This document shows, piece after piece, positions 38,531-51,140 of a stretch of DNA of 64,000 nt. The number at the start of each line of letters is the position of its first letter. Positions within the stretch are counted from its first letter, which is position 1. This DNA comes from Somniosus microcephalus (lineage: Eukaryota): assembly GCA_052327205.1 (NCBI GenBank), contig CM126202.1:173910001-173974000 (forward strand), in the 5' to 3' direction. Made by a program: the position numbers and the translations under genes. The notes under the pieces were generated by a model. That model worked only from the letters and a program-made list of their open reading frames with translations, did not search any database and was not told where the DNA came from.

Positions 38531-38599
38531 TCAAACAGACGAGGCACTGTAGGATTGCTGACAACTGTGGAATTGTATGGTAGCACAAGTCACTGGTTT

Positions 38600-38820
38600 T
38601 AACATGGCAAAATGCCCCAATGCATTTCATGGAGGTGTAAGTAACAATGGACACCGAGCCAAAGAAGGAGAGAGGAAGAAGGGTGCAAAGAGGTGGGTTT
38701 TAAAGAGGGTCTTAAAGGAGGTCAGGGAGGTGCAGGGACAGAGGGGCTTAGTGAGGGATCTGCAGAGTGTGGAGGTTAGGTGGGTGAAGAGAGAGCTGTG
38801 TACAGTAACGAGGAGAGGGA
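38600..38820 (-). mobile_element. L2 LINE 3' end relic
   Basis: aaagaggtgggttttaaagagggtcttaaaggag... is the reverse complement of the L2 3' motif seen at about 7160. Confidence 0.6.
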
Positions 38821-39851
38821 GCCATTTACACTGTCAGCTAGTGTGGAGGCCACACGTGGTTACAAGTGGAGGTGAGAAAACTAGAAAGAAAATCAACATT
38901 CAATGAATGCAGCAGACAGGAAGAACTCTGAAAATATATACAGAAATAAATTCATATTTTTTACCAAGTTCTAATGAGTATGACATTTAAAAAATGCACC
39001 ACAATGATATTTCATTTTTTAGCCTCCTGGCCAATTGTTTTCAGGGTGGTGACGGCAAAGGCTGGAATTTACAATTACTTCTATTGTGCAGTAGGACTGC
39101 AGCAGCTTGGGTTCCATGCAATAAATCCAGATCACTGCAGTTTGTGATGAGATCAGTTTACCATGAGCTGGCTGTGACATGAATTGGGGACATATTCCTG
39201 ATTAAGGTTGGGTGCAGTAGCTGAGCACTTTTAAAAGTGCTTTTATGTTATAATAGTGCAGTGGACGGTGCCCGCAATGTTCTCCCACTGTTCGTTGCAT
39301 TTGAAAATGTTTACCTTATTCTGGAAGCAGCAGAGACCCACTTTTCTGTGGGTCTTGTGAATAAGCTGCTGGATTCACTGGGCTCCGGTTCTGGCTGGCA
39401 TTTGCTTGGGAATACAGCTGGTGAGATGTAAGTGGTGGAAAATGGTACTTGGAGCTGACATCACAATGCTCTCTTGAACCCAAAGCAGCAACGTCAAAGT
39501 GCTATAATTCAGCTCTTGACCAGATTCTGCAGATTACGGCCATTAGTTCAGTGCTGTTGTGTGGAAGGAGATTGCGTGCCCGTATGCAAGAAATACTAAA
39601 AGAGGATTAAGCAGAGTAGCCTGGGGATGTAGAGGCTCAGTTTACACCATTGCTGAATGCTAGCAAGTTGATTCCAAATGGGGTGGCTGATGTTCCATGT
39701 TTGAGGAGTCTTTCCAGTTCTTAATTTACGCCAGAGGCAGCCTACTGTACGTTGGCCCAAATTTAAAAAAATAAAAAACACGACAATGGAGGCATTGTTC
39801 CACCCTGCATAGGACACTAAACATCTTCTACATGCTGAGTGCTGAAAATCG

Positions 39852-40069
39852 GACACCAGAAGATGTTGATCAGCAATGGCTGTGTACCATACGCTGCAGA
39901 CTGTTGGCTTCCTAGCCAGCTGAGCATGAGTTTTGCTCCTAATTTTCTCTTACACAAGTGCAACAGCAGATGGTTTCTGGAGCAAAACTCATGATCACCT
40001 GGTTAGGAAGCCAAAAGTCTGCAGCCTATCGTAAATGGCAATTGCTGGTCAACATTTTGACCAGGTGTC
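39852..40069. repeat. Long inverted repeat / fold-back element
   Basis: 39893-39939 vs 39979-40025 are 43/47 complementary around a 39-nt loop; imperfect pairing extends to about 39852/40069. Confidence 0.85.
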
Positions 40070-40231
40070 TGCAAGAACAAATTACTTACTCTAAACTGTA
40101 GTGCAGCCACACTCGTACAAGTCTTAGGGACTGAAATCGGGCTGTGCAAATTTAGTAATGAATTTAGCACCTTTGCGTGAAATTCCTTTGCTATTTTAAC
40201 AAAGGTGTTGACCCCTGTCAAACTGTCTGGG

Positions 40232-41973
40232 TCACAAAGGAGGACACAAATAACCTCCCAGGAATATCGGCAAACATAGGGACTAATGAGAGGGAGGAGC
40301 TGACAGAAATTAGTATCTCTAGGGATATGGTGTTGGGTAAGTTGAGGGGACTGAAGGCCGACAAATCCCCGGGGCCTGATAAACTACATCCTAGGGTACT
40401 TAAGGAGGTGGCCCTGGAGATAGCAGATGCTCTAAGGATCATCTTCCGGAACTCCATTGACTCGGGAACAGTACCCGTGGATTGGAGGGTAGCTAATGTT
40501 ACCCCAATATTTAAAAAGGGGGGTAGAGAGAAAGCAGGGAATTATAGACCAGTAAGCCTTACATCGGTTGTGGGCAAAATGCTAGAGTCCATTATTAAGG
40601 ATAAAATAGCGGAGCACTTGACAAATGGGGAAAGGATCGGACAGAGTCAACATGGATTTACAAAGGGTAAATCGTGTTTGACTAATCTGCTGGAATTTTT
40701 TGAGGAAGTAACTGGTAAAATAGATGGGGGAGAGCCAGTGGATGTGGTGTACCTTGACTTCCAGAAAGCCTTCGATAAGGTTCCACACAAAAGATTATCA
40801 TGCAAAATTAAGGCTCATGGGATTGGGGGCAAAGTATTAACGTGGATAGAGAACTGGCTGGCGGATAGAAAACAGAGAGTTGGAATAAACGGCTCGTTTT
40901 CGGAGTGGCAGGCAGTGACCAGCGGGGTGCCGCAAGGATCTGTCCTGGGACCCCAGCTGTTCACAATATATATAAATGATCTGGATCAGGGAATTGGATG
41001 CAATATTTCCAAATTCGCTGACGACACTAAACTAGGAGGAGGGGTGGGCTCTGATGAGGATGTCAGGAGGCTACAGTGCGATTTGGACAGGTTGGGGGAA
41101 TGGGCGGATACGTGGCAGATGCACTATAATGTGGATAAATGCGAGGTTATCCACTTTGGGGGTAAAAACAGGAGGGTAGATTATTATCTAAATGGCAATA
41201 GATTGGGAGATGGGGAAGTGCAGAGGGACCTGGGTGTTCTTGTGCACCAGTCACTGAAGGAGAGCATGCAGGTGCAACAGGCGATTAAGAAGGCAAATGG
41301 TATGTTGGCCTTCATATCAAGGGGGTTCGAGTATAGGAATAGGGATACCTTACTACAGCTGTACAAGGTGCTGGTGAGACCGCATCTGGAGTATTGTGTA
41401 CAGTTTTGGTCGCCCCATCTGCGGAAGGATGTTCTTGCCATGGAAAGAGTGCAGCGGCGATTCACCAGGCTGATACCTGGAATGGCGGGAATGACCTACG
41501 AGGAGAGATTGAATAGTTTGGGCTTGTACTCACTGGAGTTTAGAAGATTGAGAGGGGATCTCATCGAAACATATAAAATTATGGCAGGCCTGGACAGGCT
41601 GAATTCAGAGAGAATGTTTCCAATGGCAGGGGAGCACAGAACCAGGGGCCACAGTCTAAAAATAGCGGGCAAATCATTTAAAACAGAGATGAGGAAGAAT
41701 TTCTTCACTCAAAGAGTGGTGAGCCTGTGGAATTCCCTGCCACAGAGGGCTGTGAAGGCTAGTTCAATAAATATTTTCAAGAGAGAATTGGATATATTTC
41801 TGAAGGCTAAGGGGATTAAGGGTTACGGAGAAAAGGCGGGGACGGGGTACTGAACTGGTAAGATCAGCTATGATCTCAGACGAAGATCAGCCATGATCTC
41901 ATTGAATGGCGGAGCAGGCTCGAAGGGCCGAATGGCCTACTCCTGTTCCTATCTCTATGTTTCTATGTTTCTA
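40232..41973 (+). mobile_element. 5'-truncated CR1 LINE with uninterrupted ORF2 reverse-transcriptase domain and 3'UTR
   Basis: ORF to 41853 has [50 protein letters not shown] and ends KGYGEKAGTGY*. The 3'UTR gatcagccatgatc..gaatggcggagcaggctcgaagggccgaatggcctactcc is followed by a (TTCTATGT)n tail. The first ~18 aa of the listed ORF come from flanking DNA. Confidence 0.95.
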
Positions 41974-44804
41974 GACCTGCATTAAGAGAGGGTTCAGAGC
42001 AAGTTACCTATGCAGTGTGATGGCTGGACAATGTTGTTGGTATGAGGCGATCTTAAAATGGAAAACAACAGTTTTAATCTATATAGTGCTGCTCGCTTGC
42101 ATAAAGACAGGGTGAAAAAAACAGTTGCTGACCCTACAGGGGTAATCCTGCGCTGCCACTCAACAGGACCACGGGTCACAGAATCAAGGCTACCTTGTTG
42201 TAGGCCTACCTCCCACCTGCGCTCCAGTCAAGCTGGGCTTCCCCACTGAGACCGCGTCTTAAGGAATCACCCCTTCTGGGCAAGGCAACAGCTTGGTGAC
42301 AGGCGAGTCTGCCATGATTGTTTCAGTGTTGTCTTTGAAGAGATTAAACTGTACGATTTTCATATAGAACTTTCCCAGATTAAATTCTTCAAACACATTG
42401 AGAAAGATCACAGTGGGCCCGGTGTCTGGCGCCATGTTGGATTCTGCCAAGCAGGCAGTTTGTTTACATCTAGATGAGACTGACTTTTAATATTGTTGGG
42501 AGCACTGTCAGATCAGCCGTTAATTTGAATTGAATTAGAATTTTCTTTCTGTGGATCAATGGCTTCTCTCAGGAGAAGCTGCTTAAAATGACCACCTGCA
42601 TTCACAGCACAAAGCACTGGATTCCCAGCCCACTGTTTGCTCCCAATAAACATATTGGTTGACAAGGCGTTAATTGTGTTAACTTTTCAATGCAAGTTAT
42701 GTACTGATGTAAGAGAGTTCTGTAAGAAAAGAAACACATTTTAAACTGGTATATATTTCTGAAATTTAAAAAACATTTTCAAAACAACCCCTCATTAAAA
42801 TGACACAATCAAGAATGTATAAATCAAACAAGTACTAAATGTCTGACTATAGAAATATATCTGACAAAAATCCTTTCACCCGCTTCCAGCATTAATGGCA
42901 ATTACCAATGCAAACAATAAACAAGGCTCTAATAGAAGGCCCTGACCAGCCTTTCAAATGAAAACAAGCAACAATCTGTAACAAATTATAAAAGAGCAAA
43001 GGGCATCCTAAACAGCCAGCATAGAAACACCTTAATGGAAAGAAAATCCCACCTTGAACTTTTCGGGTGCAGTTCAGTAGAGATTGAGTTAAGGGAAAAT
43101 TAAAGACATATTCCCTCCCTTTGATCAGTCATTTTTTTTGCCTCTGAAATGTTTCTTCCTGTCAGTGGTGTGTGTTTCTGGCTTCTCTATTCTCCTGCTA
43201 TGCTCTGTCCATCTGGGATTCATCCATTATTTACCCCACCTAGTCACAGCAGCCATTGTACCAAAAGGATGGAATTCTTCCTCTTGGGGTTAAGATTTAA
43301 AGCAGATTCGAAATATTTAATAGGATGAAAGTGACCATAGGAAAATCTGATCACACACACCATTTTAACTGGGGAACCTCGGAATTAAAGCAAGGAATAG
43401 GGTCGTCACTTTTTGCCAACTACAAATTCAAACAGGGAGTGCGTAAGGGCAGGGGTCAAACCTTGAAGAGATGGAATTGTGGTTTGGCCTCTGCTTTGCT
43501 TTGCTGTTAAAGCAAATTCTTAGAGACCTTAATAAATAGTCTTTCCATACCATCAGACAAAGAAGCAAGTGAAAGAAAGTTATTTGAAATAATTTTTGTG
43601 GCTTGTTTTCACATGAAAAAGTCCCAGACAAGCCCACTCAAAAACTGGACTCTTACCCAACACTGGATGGGTGGCAACGTTAAAGAGAAGGGCGGTGATA
43701 TATGTGTGTGGGTGTGGAATCATATATTTGTGTAATAAATTGAATTGAAATGCCTTTGGTGCAGATACTTCAGGTGTTCCTTTACCCTCGATAAACACAT
43801 TTAAAAGTCTGACTCTCCAAAGCACATGCAAATATATTCATGTCCTCTTCAAATCTTCTTCTGAACAATTAAATTATCCTGCACTTACCTTCACAACACT
43901 GGTCCAATATTATTTTTCACCCCGATATTTTTTAGACTTTCTTGGTCCTCAAGCTGTTGAAGGAGCTAATTCTAATTTTTTTGTTTTCCTTGACACATCA
44001 TGTATTGTCTGGCTAAAGCAGTTGTCTGGCTTTCATTTGGCTTTCTTCTGCTTGGTGGTTGCCTGCTGATCCTTGGCACCGCTGATCCTGCTGCTGTTAG
44101 TCTAGTGACTAGAAGCCAATCTATCTCTCAGCAAGTTGTTTATTTTCTGAATACACAGGGAGGAATCCCTGTAAATGAGTAAGTGTTACTTTTCACTTAT
44201 TTCCCAGCCAGCAGGTGGCCAAAAACAATTTTCCTTAACTACCTTGGCATCTGAAATGTGAATGAAGCCTAATCTGTCATCCCCTCCTGTCAGGCCTCCA
44301 TGAATATGACTCTATACTCCAGTTATTCTGAGACTGGGGCTGTTGCAGTATAATTTTAATTCCTCAAAAATGGTTAAATGGCCTGGTTCCAGTCTAGGCT
44401 GTTTGAACGAGCCGTAACCCCCCCAGCACGGGTCAACACCTTCAGGAGAGGATGGGATGGAAATAAAATGGGAAGAAGCAATATCCTTATTGCATATCGG
44501 TGTAAAGCTGCACAGATTCTGCCATTTAACCCTTACAGTACCAATCTGCCCAAAGGTATGTACCATATGTCTAATTGAGTGCCATTTCCCTGGGACCACT
44601 TTATATAATATAAAATTGATATGACTGGATGGGAAATGAATCATACCTGGGCTCAAATTCATTGACATTTTTGAAGTGTTTTCAGGGAGCACAATATGAT
44701 CTGAAACATAACCGGAACGGGCCGAGGTAATTCTTTGTTGTGGGTTGTGGTGTGAATCACTATTTGTCTTTCTCTCTGAACAGTTAATTTAAAGCTACTC
44801 ACAT

Positions 44805-45262
44805 GTGGTTGGGCGGCACTGCAATTTAACACACGGTCCTTATACCTCTGGACCGTGGGCTGGATTCCAGCTCCGACGGATGGGTTGCATGTCTTCGCTC
44901 TCTGATAGCTGCAGCTGTCTTATATGAAACGAGTTTGGACAGTCTCGGCCCAGTTCCTAGTAGACGCGGGAAACAGCACATAATTGCTCATACCAAATTG
45001 CAGTCTTATTTAGAGAGGCCATAAAGATGATTTGGGAAATGGAAAAATGCATGCTGCTATAGATGGGGATACTGTACAGAGCATGGGCTCGAGGAAAGAT
45101 TACCAGGCAGAGTAAATGGAGTTGTATGCTTCATCTGGCCCATGCTGTGGCTAACCTGGGAATACATGACAGCAACACTGGATGTCAAAGTTGGGAAAGG
45201 TTTGTTCCATTCCTCAATACACATATCCTTAACCATGATCAACATAACATTTCATGCAAATA
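44805..45262 (+). mobile_element. LF-SINE-like tRNA SINE
   Basis: cctctggaccgtgggctggattccagc..tatgaaacgagtttggacagtctcggcccagttcctagtagac..gcagtctta..agagaggcca..cccatgctgt matches recalled LF-SINE core motifs; homologs at 50810-51140 and 52441-53670. Confidence 0.6.
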
Positions 45263-45682
45263 TATATATATAAAACAAATAAGTCTCCACAAGAGTCTTA
45301 GCTCTGACTGAACTGAATCATTAAACCAGCAGCTGTCATTCTGCTGAGGAAGGGGAGTTGCAAATGTCATCACTTCAAAAATCTTCATTTATCACCAACA
45401 ACATTATCAAAGAGGAAGGGAGATTTTGATTTCCAACACAAACCTTTTAACAATGCTCAACAATATATTTTACATTTTCCCCATTCTTCAGGCCTTGCAC
45501 CATTCATCATTTAAGTGAACCTCTTTCAATGCCATTCCTAAAGCAGCTCCCAGAAGGTGGTCATGAGTTGTAAGAACTGCTCATAGCCTAATGGGATTTT
45601 CATCTCTCTTCAAGAAGAGCACTCTATTTTGTTTTCACTGAGTACCTCTCCCGTACAGCCCGGCTGAGCTTAGAAACTCACT

Positions 45683-45816
45683 GGGGTAGATCTTGACTTT
45701 GTGCACTGGTGTAAAACGGGTGATAGCGAGTCAGCAGCCCTTTGTACATCTCTCCTGATTTTTATTTCTATTGCATCATCCGTTTTGCACTATCACACAA
45801 ATTCAAGATCTACCCC
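45683..45816. mobile_element. Short MITE (134 bp)
   Basis: Perfect 14-bp TIR GGGGTAGATCTTGA / TCAAGATCTACCCC, extending imperfectly to about 40 bp; flanks ACT/ATT. Confidence 0.8.
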
Positions 45817-46763
45817 ATTATGTGAGAAGTAACAAGCCCAAACCTGTGGCCTGCCTATTTATCAAGAGTTTTTGTTGTATCATCTTCATGCGTAAGCTCC
45901 TATAGCTCTTTAAGCTTTTGAAGTATAGCATTGTTTAAAAACATGGCAGTTGACTTGATTTGAAAAGTTGCCAACCAGGTACTTTGTACATATAAGAAAA
46001 TCTGGCTTGTAAGTGAGAGAGTCCTGACAACAATGCACCATTGAAGCTTTTCAGTTTCTGCTTCTAATCTGTAACATCTGTACACGTCTACATTTCCTAC
46101 TAAGTTCTGGAGCTGTAATTCAGAGAATGATCCTTGAATAATGACAGCAGATATATTTCTGAAAATTAACTGGTGCAGTTAAAAGTACATACACCTCGGA
46201 TATGCTTTTCTTGATAGTGCTGTGAAATAGTGCTGCAAGGAACAACTGTGAATACTCAGGCCGTACACCAGGTCTGCCAAGTCCCAGTTATTGGGAGTGG
46301 CACTCACCCGTTGTGGTTTTACAACATAAACTATTTCCATTCATGTGACTCTTAAAAGAAAATACTGCTCTGTTTGTTTAACTGGGTTTGCAATGTGTCT
46401 CGCTCTTTTGTGGAGATAAATCTGAGTCCTGGCGTTTTTTGGATGTTGACTGTAGGATGGCTGCTCATCTGCTTTCAAACTGGATGGTTCGATTTTCTTT
46501 TGTGGGGTGGGGAGGGGGTGCCCAGTAATTTTGATATTTGAGAACTGGACAACAAACCCTAGTTGACAGTCCTGTATGCACATTAATAACAGGTTAACAT
46601 GGTTTTCCGAAGATGCCTCTGAACCAGACTGCAGCAGGATTTTTACCAAAAACAGTAGAACCATTCAGAAGGCAGCACAGTTTTGGTAATGCTGACGGCA
46701 CAGTGCAGGGAAGCAATCATACCCCCTACTGCCTGTGTATTATTCTTAACATTAAAATTATTG

Positions 46764-47341
46764 GGGAGACCAAACGCAGATTGGGTGACCGCTTTGCGGA
46801 ACACCTCCGTTCAGTCCGTAAGGGTGACCCCGAGCTTCCGGTCGCCTGTCATTTCAATTCACCGCTCCATTCCCACTCGGACCTCACCGTCCTTGGCCTC
46901 TTGTACTGTTCCACGGAAGCTCAACGTAAACTCGAGGAACAGCACCTCATCTTCCGATTAGGCACTCTGCAGCCTTCCGGTCTCAATATCGAGTTCAACA
47001 ATTTCAGATCATAACCTCGGCCCCTATTTCATTTTTACTTATATTTTTCCACTCCTTTCCTCCCCCCCCCTTTCCTTTTGTTTCTCTCTCACACCTGGCA
47101 GCTATCTTTTGCCCTGCCAGTACGCTTTACACCTAATCCCAGCATATTACCATCTCGTCTAGCTTCTAATCTCTTTTACTTCTTTTGGTTCTTTTATTCT
47201 TTTGTCCGATCGCAGCCCTGCCTTCGATCTAGTTCCTTTTCTCTCCAGTTTTGAAGAAGGGTCAAACCCGAAACGTCAACTCAAATTTCTCTCCACGGAT
47301 GTTGCCTGACCTGCTGAGTTTTTCCAGCATTTTCTGTTGTT
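46764..47341 (+). mobile_element. Penelope-like retroelement 3' end (GIY-YIG endonuclease C-terminus and 3' terminal region)
   Basis: IGETKRRLGDRFAEHLRSV...VACHFN...RKLEEQHLIFRLGTLQPSGLN* (stop at 47014) is a typical PLE GIY-YIG domain; flanked by the 13-bp direct repeat ATTAAAATTATTG (46751-46763, 47342-47354). Confidence 0.9.
47247..47281 (+). ncRNA. Minimal type-I hammerhead ribozyme motif with C3>U substitution
   Basis: Stem I AGTT/AACT; core TTGAAGA (consensus CTGANGA); stem II GGGT-CAA-ACCC; GAAA; palindromic ACGT mini stem III; GTC cleavage triplet. Confidence 0.7.
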
Positions 47342-47454
47342 ATTAAAATTATTGCCCTTTTTTCCTGCGATGAGAGAACTATATGGCTCAGATCAATAAA
47401 GCGAATGCAAGCTCCGTTGATGATTTAGTGAATCAACACACTGCTTCATGTGAG

Positions 47455-47700
47455 ACTAAGCTATTCAGATCATGAGTGTCCCAGGTTAGTTCCCTGGGCT
47501 ATGGTGAATTAGCTGAGCTCTGCTGGGGCAACAGTACAGATGCCAAGTGAAATGTCCCAACATTTGAATAGTCTGTCACCTTTCAATGTCTGGGCTCACA
47601 TCTAAAGAATTTGGATAAGGTACCATTGAGCTGCCGGCACCTGTAGAGCTGTGTCCGAGCGAGAGCCGTTTTAGCAGAACAATGGAGAAGACTTGGACAA
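47455..47700 (+). mobile_element. Old SINE family X, internally deleted
   Basis: gtcccaggttag..gaattagctgagctc..gggctcaca..aaggtacc..ccggcacctgtaga, similar to 15860-16255. Confidence 0.5.
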
Positions 47701-50700
47701 AGAGAAAGTTCTATCATTAAGTTCTATCTCTAAGCAAGTACAGGTATTGGGTTTACAAGGAATTCATTAAGTTGAGGAAGTGACAGTCAGCGTAGTTCTG
47801 TGCCATTACTGACCCCAGCACTTTGATCTGCAACCCCCAGCCTTGCTTGTAAGTGTCCATTTACCAGGCATGCTATGCAAGCAGTGACCAAGGTCACTAA
47901 CCTACTGTAATCAGCTCCCTGTCTTATTTAAGCACATTCATGCGGTGGGTAAATGCATTGCGTTTGGAACCAGTTCCTGGCAAACACACAACCAACCGTG
48001 TGAAAAGTCTTCAACCCAGTTCAGCATGAAGTAGATTTTCAACTTTATTTGACATTATTGTTGCTTAAAGTCAGCAAGGCTAACTCAAGATTATTTTGAA
48101 ATCATTTTTCACATCTCTGAAAGAGTTCTACATCCGAATGGTTGAAGGTCAAAATGTAATTAGTGCCATTCTGACCTGCCAGCATTGGACTGAGGTGACC
48201 TTTCCTTAGACTTGGCACTGGCTTTAAAACAAGTCATGAGTTTTAATGTTACTGACAGTAATTCTTATTAATGACAATATTCTCCAGAATTACCTGCCAG
48301 TATTTGTACACTGCGGGTGCTCTGCATTAACAAAAAAGGCTGCATGAAAATGAAGAAAATGAGAATGCAGTTTATGTTATACGTATGTGTTTAAGGTATG
48401 TAGCAAAGAGAAGAGCTTCAGTGAGCCAGGATGCCAGGGGATAGTTTCCTTCTGCATGGAGTTGCCATAGTGATGCAAGTAAAGTGAACGATGAGGTAAT
48501 CGCGTATGGTGGGGAGGTGGCGAAATGCACAGCTTCTGACGACCACGTTTCTAAGAACGGTGGATGGTGCTTACATTTCCCCCTCTTTTTGTCTCCTCGG
48601 TTCTAATCTGATTATTCAGTTTATGACTTTAGGAAAAGTGGGAAATGTGCTCACACAGTGCGTGTTCACCTTTTGGCCCCCTTTGATTAGCCACCCATGT
48701 CTTTCTATTACCATTTCCTTTTTTTTTGGGGGGGGGGGGGAAGAATTAAGAGCACTCTCTCAAGCTATTCTTTTATTGGTACATTTTGGGGATTATTATG
48801 AAATAGTTTCACACCTTTTCTTTTGGGAGAAGAGATTGGAGGAATAATTTCCATGTTAACTTCCAGGAAAGCATTGAATTGAATTAAATTCTGCTGTCAC
48901 CCTTTCACTTCAAGATTAACTTTTTTTCTGTTGATTTTTAAGAGGGCTTTGTGAAGGGTAGACTTTAGCAGACATTTGTGATGCGCGCTTTTGTGTAAGT
49001 TATACAGTCACGAAGATCACTTTTTCCACCGGCTTTGCTACAGCAGAAAAAAAAAGCCCCTCCTGTTAAAGGATGAAAGTTGGAGACTAATCTGCTTCCA
49101 TCTGGAAAATCAGAGCCAGGGGTTGCAGTCATGAGGTCACATCCCTTATGTAAACTGTCAGATTCTTTTTACATTAAAAACGTATCACGTAAATACCCAC
49201 TGAAGACTTGTCAGAGACACTCCTAAGAATGCAAAGCCAAGTTCTCTCTGAAAAATGATGGTCTCTATTATAGGGGGGGAAAATGAGTTTCTTGCCTGTC
49301 TGCATAGTAGTTATTATTCTATTGGGAGTCAGGAGGAAGAGAGAAGCTAAGTTGTTGCAACAAAGCCCTATGACCACTATGGTAAGAGATGTCCAGAGCA
49401 TGAACTCACATTGCACTTTCACTATTATATTTCTCCACTGATTCCTAAACGGTTCATTTTCCTCCACTCTTTGAAGTCATTAGGTGGGAAGAAAATAGAG
49501 GAATTGAATCCCTGGGGATGTTGTTTCTGTATGAAGCAGATAGCGTGCTTTCCAGTGTGACTAAAATAAGGGTATTTGCTCAGGAAGCTGTGGATGCCAG
49601 CTGGGCAATGGGAAGGCAGGGATTCCTGCCTGAATGCGGGAAGATCAAAGATCCACTGTCGGGGTCTGCACTGAATGTGTGCTTTAGATGGAACAGTTTG
49701 TCATGAGAGCGGATGGCCTCAACTGAAATAACTTGCCTGCTTTTTTTCTAAGGCGTCTCCAATTGATAATGGTGGGAATGTATTAGGAGACGTGGTTATT
49801 GTCCCATGACATGGGGATTGTCTATCAACTCTCGAGTGCAGCAGCAGCGGGGGAAATAGACTGATTCCTGGACAATATCTTATACTTAATTGTATACCTG
49901 CTGAATAGATAGTAGAAAAAAGGGTAGGAAAAAATAAACTGACTTCTTGTGTCATTTACTGCATTTAGTCTCTTAGACTGGTCTGCTTAGTGGTGTAATT
50001 GTATTACTTTTGTGTGCAGCTTTGCCAGATTATACGGTTTAACACTGAGGAAGCTGAAACAGTTTCACTTATGATCCCAGCGCAACATCACTAGTGTCTT
50101 TTGATCAGTATTTTGTGCCTGTAATTCTTGTCACATTTTAGCTGCCTGTCAACTCTTTCACCAGTGTGAACTGAGCATCAGATTAAAGCCTCAAATGTAT
50201 CCTGCGCTTGCCAGTTAAAAAAGAATATATTTTCTTAAGGCATTTCCATTTCTGATTAAACTGGATGGTCATGTGAAATGGATGCGGCGCCAGTTGACTC
50301 ACTGGGTTTCCACTAAAGAGTGGGTTTGTGAGAGTCAGTAGACATAAAAGTTTTAAGAAAATACCTAGAATGCATCAATTTTGTTTCCTTTATTAAAGGA
50401 GCATTGCATTCATAAAATCTTTGGCAAATGTTTTTTCATGAAGACAGTATGCTTTGAATCACTCGGCCTCATTCGTTTATGAGAGCAGAACAATGCGTAC
50501 TATAAACCCCTCCACACCTGCTCTCGGGTGGCTCTTGGGGCGACAAATGTGCTGCAATGGTTGTGATTTAAAAATGTTGCTTCCAGGCAGAGATTGCAGG
50601 CATGCTGGTTAACTGGCTCCTCCATCCAACAAACAGTTGAGAACTGCCAAAATATACTGCATAAAATAATACAGAAAGGCATCAATCTCAAGATGGTGAG

Positions 50701-50809
50701 CAGCCCTGAGATTCAAACCTGTGATTACCTAGTTGGTTGTCAGCCAATTTCCTGTGATACAGAGCTTCAAGGGGCGTATATAATATGCAAATGAGGGTTT
50801 GGATTTTTG

Positions 50810-51140
50810 CAGTGCGTTTGAACACTGAGACTGGGTTTCTCCTCTCTCTGCTGACTGTGAGGCTCCTAAGTGAAATACGTGTGGCCAGTCTTGATCCAGT
50901 TCCTACTGTGTAAAGCTGGTATTAATGATCACTATTGGCACTAATTTGGTAATAATTAGCACTAAATTGGCAGCCGCACTCCGAGGCCAGAAAAATGTGA
51001 TACGGGAAATGGAAATGCTGAATTGGTGTAGGAGGGGGTATTTTTCTTAAATGAGGTAAAGGACATTGCAGGGGAAGAGCAAAAAGAACTTTTATGTTCT
51101 GGTTATGCACTGGTATCATGCTATACCTCACTCAGGAGGG
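50810..51140 (+). mobile_element. LF-SINE-like fragment
   Basis: gtgaaat..gtcttgatccagttccta..attggcactaattt..ttggcagccgcactccgaggcca. Confidence 0.55.

Noticed and set aside
40177-41853. 558-aa ORF as a host gene, retron or defence-type reverse transcriptase
   Set aside because: It is a plain CR1 ORF2 fragment with a CR1 3'UTR and tail; the start is a GTG in flanking DNA.
46613-47014. 133-aa ORF as a standalone GIY-YIG nuclease gene
   Set aside because: The first ~49 aa derive from flanking DNA upstream of the TSD, and the GIY half of the motif is missing; it is a truncated Penelope insertion.
6720-48740. Many poly-G/poly-C runs (10-18 nt) as functional G-quadruplexes
   Set aside because: Scattered homopolymers, some inside repeats, with unreliable lengths; no evidence of function from sequence alone.
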